DNA from: the human T2T-CHM13v2.0 reference genome, Homo sapiens
Direction: 5' to 3' (one strand)
Length of the DNA: 64,000 nt
Assembly: GCF_009914755.1 (NCBI RefSeq)
Contig: NC_060940.1
Within the stretch, counting starts at the first letter, position 1; every line of letters begins with the position of its first letter. The translations under genes were made by a program, and so were the position numbers. Shown here piece by piece: positions 61,590 to 64,000 of this stretch. The notes under the pieces are model-generated. The model had not been told where the DNA came from. It searched no databases and saw only the letters and a list, made by a program, of their open reading frames with translations.

Positions 61590-61925
61590 GGATGCTGTTT
61601 GGGCTCACAGAGCATATTCTCCCAATGTTGCTCTCCCAGAATGAAAGGGCTGTCCCCTGGTTCACAATCCTCTTTCAGCAGCATCTGATGCTTTTGAAAT
61701 TGTCTCTTGAAACAGTGATTTGTCATTACTATACCCAGTAAACTGCAGGGAGAGCCCAAGCACAGATTCATGAAACCACCAGAGAGTCACTTCCCTGGGA
61801 CTGTCAGATGCAATGACACAGTCAAGATCCATGGTGAGTCCAGAAACTTTCAGATAATTCATAGGAGCCTCTTATTTCTCTTACAATTCTCTATTCAAAG
61901 TTCATGCCAAAAAGTATCTTCACAG
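61590..61925 (-). pseudogene. Highly decayed clan-III VH relic (positionally IGHV(III)-13-1-like) with ghost RSS
   Basis: Colinear VH3 anchors on minus strand: tctggactcacc, ccagggaag, ggtttcat, atcactgtttcaagagacaat, ggggacagcc, tgtgagcccaaacagcatcctccc. Confidence 0.75.
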
Positions 61926-62071
61926 AGAGAACTACATGGCTTAAAGCCCACAGAAATGAAAACATGCATGTACACACACATATACACCAACCACCCCCCC
62001 CACACACACACACGCAGAGTGGTATGGCTGATTTTTACAGTAATTGGCTCCTAATTTGGGATCTTTCCTAG

Positions 62072-63810
62072 TGTAAACCAAAGGTTTCTGAGACAGATCT
62101 CAATCAAATTAAAATTAATTTTCTCAAAGTTAGGACAGCCTGGAAGAAAAATAAAAGTAACCACAGAAACTGTGTGTGGTTAGTGCCATTCCTTAAAGAC
62201 GATTTTTAGGGCTTTCAATATACACAGAGGAAAAGCTGGGTAGAGGGGAAGTTTGGATGGTAAGAAAATTTACATGTGTAATGAAAAAGAAGCACATAGG
62301 GAAATATAAAATTACGTAGTTCTCCTGCAGTAAGTCAGCACTTTCCCATGCTGTTCTCATGATAGTGAATAAGTCCCATTAGATCTGATAGTTTTATCAA
62401 GGGGAGTTCCCCTGCACAAACTCTCTCTTGTCTGCCACCATGTAAGATGTCCCTTGCTTTCCTGACATGATTGTGAAGCATCCCCAGCCATGTGGAACCA
62501 TAAGTCCATTAAACCTCATTCCTTTACAAATTACCCAGGCTTGGTTATGTTTTTATTAGTAGCAGGAGAACAGACTAATATATTTATTTTGCCAAAGTTA
62601 AGAACCCACCCATGGCAAGCCTCAGGAAGTCCTGAGACATGTGCCCAAGGTGATAGAAGTACAGCTTGCTTTTATACATTTTAGAGAGACATGAGACATC
62701 AATCAATATATGTAAAATGTACATTTTTTTTTCCTTCAAGACAGGACAAATTGAGAGGGGGTTTTGCAGTTTAGAAGTAGATAAGACACAGTAGATTGCA
62801 TTGTTTTAAGTCCTTTATCAGCCTACCACTGAATCCACAATTTAGTCAGACTTAGTGAATCTTCATTTTTTCATAAGTGATACTGAAGAGGAAGCAATCA
62901 GATATGTATCTGTCTCATGTGGGCCTCAGAGGAATGACTTTGAATAGAAAGGGAGGCAGGTTTGCCCAAAGCCCTTTCCAGTAAAACACCCTTGTTTTCT
63001 GGAATATCACCGAAGGTTCTTTGTGTCGTGGCTATGAAAATCAAGGACACAGACACACAAAAGGTGAGGTTGGAGCAGAAATTTCATATGTAAAAGGAAA
63101 AAAAAAAAGCTCTCTGTCACAGAAAGGGGTCCCAAATGGGTTGCTGTGCTGCAGTAAAATGTAAGGATTTTTATAAATGTGCTACTGGGGAGAGGGTATC
63201 TTATCAACATAGGATGCAAAAACAGGACCAGGTGTGCCATCTGCATAGAGCGAAGTCTCTGGCAGCCCCATCTCATGCTTTTATTATGCAGGTGGGGACT
63301 TAGCTTGGTCTGCTCCACGTTCCTTATCTCCTTCCACCATGCGTGTGCTGAAAAAGGAGGGAGGAGTTTCCATGCCAGGTCCCAGGTACCTCCTTGCAGC
63401 TGGGGGCATCCCAAACCCCGTACAAGCTAACAGCTTTCCTAGCTCAGTGTGACCCCAGAAAAGGAAAGGAATGTGCTCATTAAGGCCCAGTGTTTTTATT
63501 GGGACCCATCCTATGTATGTGAACTTTGGTGATTACAAACAGAAATACCCTCTCTGCCAGAGTTGTTTATCTATATTTTACAGCCCAATCTTTCAGGCTG
63601 CTCTTTGTTAGAAGTGATCTCTTTGAACTGTGTCTGATTAGAAAAGAAGTTATTTTTGAGCTGATTCTTGTTAGAAGAAAAGTTTTTGCCAGAGACTCTT
63701 TCATCCTAACTATCTACCTAAATAATTTCTTTCTATCTCCTATTACACCAGCTGGACTCTTCTCTTTAGCTTAGTGATTTTGGGGTCTCAAGATTTATTT
63801 TCTCTTCACA
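62072..63810 (-). mobile_element. MER4-type LTR with nested THE1/MST fragment (~62341-62582) and a second ERV1-class LTR (62982-63747)
   Basis: MER4 text resumes after each insert. The inner LTR is flanked by a 4-bp CCAG duplication (62978-62981 / 63748-63751). Confidence 0.75.
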
Positions 63811-63854
63811 ATAGGCAGGTACAAAAGGAGACTTCATATGTAATTAAGTTGCTT

Positions 63855-64000
63855 GTATTAGTCCATGTTCAGGTTGCTATAAGGACATACATGAGGCTGG
63901 GTAATTTATAAAGAAAAATAGGTTTAATTAACTCACAGTTCTTCATGGCTGGGGAGGCCACAAAAAACTTACAATCATGATGCAAAGGGTAGCAAACACA
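63855..64000 (-). mobile_element. MST/THE1 LTR (cut by window end)
   Basis: tgtattagtccatgttcaggttgctataagg...gggaggccac. Confidence 0.8.

Overview
Human genomic DNA, as shown by a human-specific AluYb8 with a perfect TSD. The window is an immunoglobulin heavy-chain variable (IGHV) orphon cluster. The V peptides match, from recall, the 16p11.2 IGHV/OR16 series. Two IGH-derived blocks face each other tail-to-tail across a ~14 kb L1-dense junction (~28-42 kb). Block A (+ strand, ~1-27.7 kb) holds an IGHV3/OR16-12-type ORF, a promoter-only VH remnant, an intronless ADAM6-like pseudogene whose first 346 codons are still open, a clan-III VH pseudogene followed by a ~22-copy minisatellite built from the CTCF motif, and an IGHV3/OR16-14(13)-type pseudogene with a perfect RSS. 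Block B (- strand, ~42-64 kb) resembles the IGH V3-11 to V3-13 interval. It holds an OR16-9-like gene with a broken splice acceptor and heptamer, a clan-III fragment, a truncated IGHV1-12-like gene, two clan-II fragments, a structurally intact OR16-10-type gene and a heavily decayed clan-III relic. I found no D, J, C, 12-RSS, RNA gene or CRISPR array. I do not see a convincing wholly new biological system. The best leads are the translatable truncated ADAM6 paralog, the CTCF-motif array with the convergent CTCF/RSS geometry created by the inversion, and the possibility that block A preserves an IGH segment absent from present-day chr14. Gene and repeat names come from recall, not database searches.
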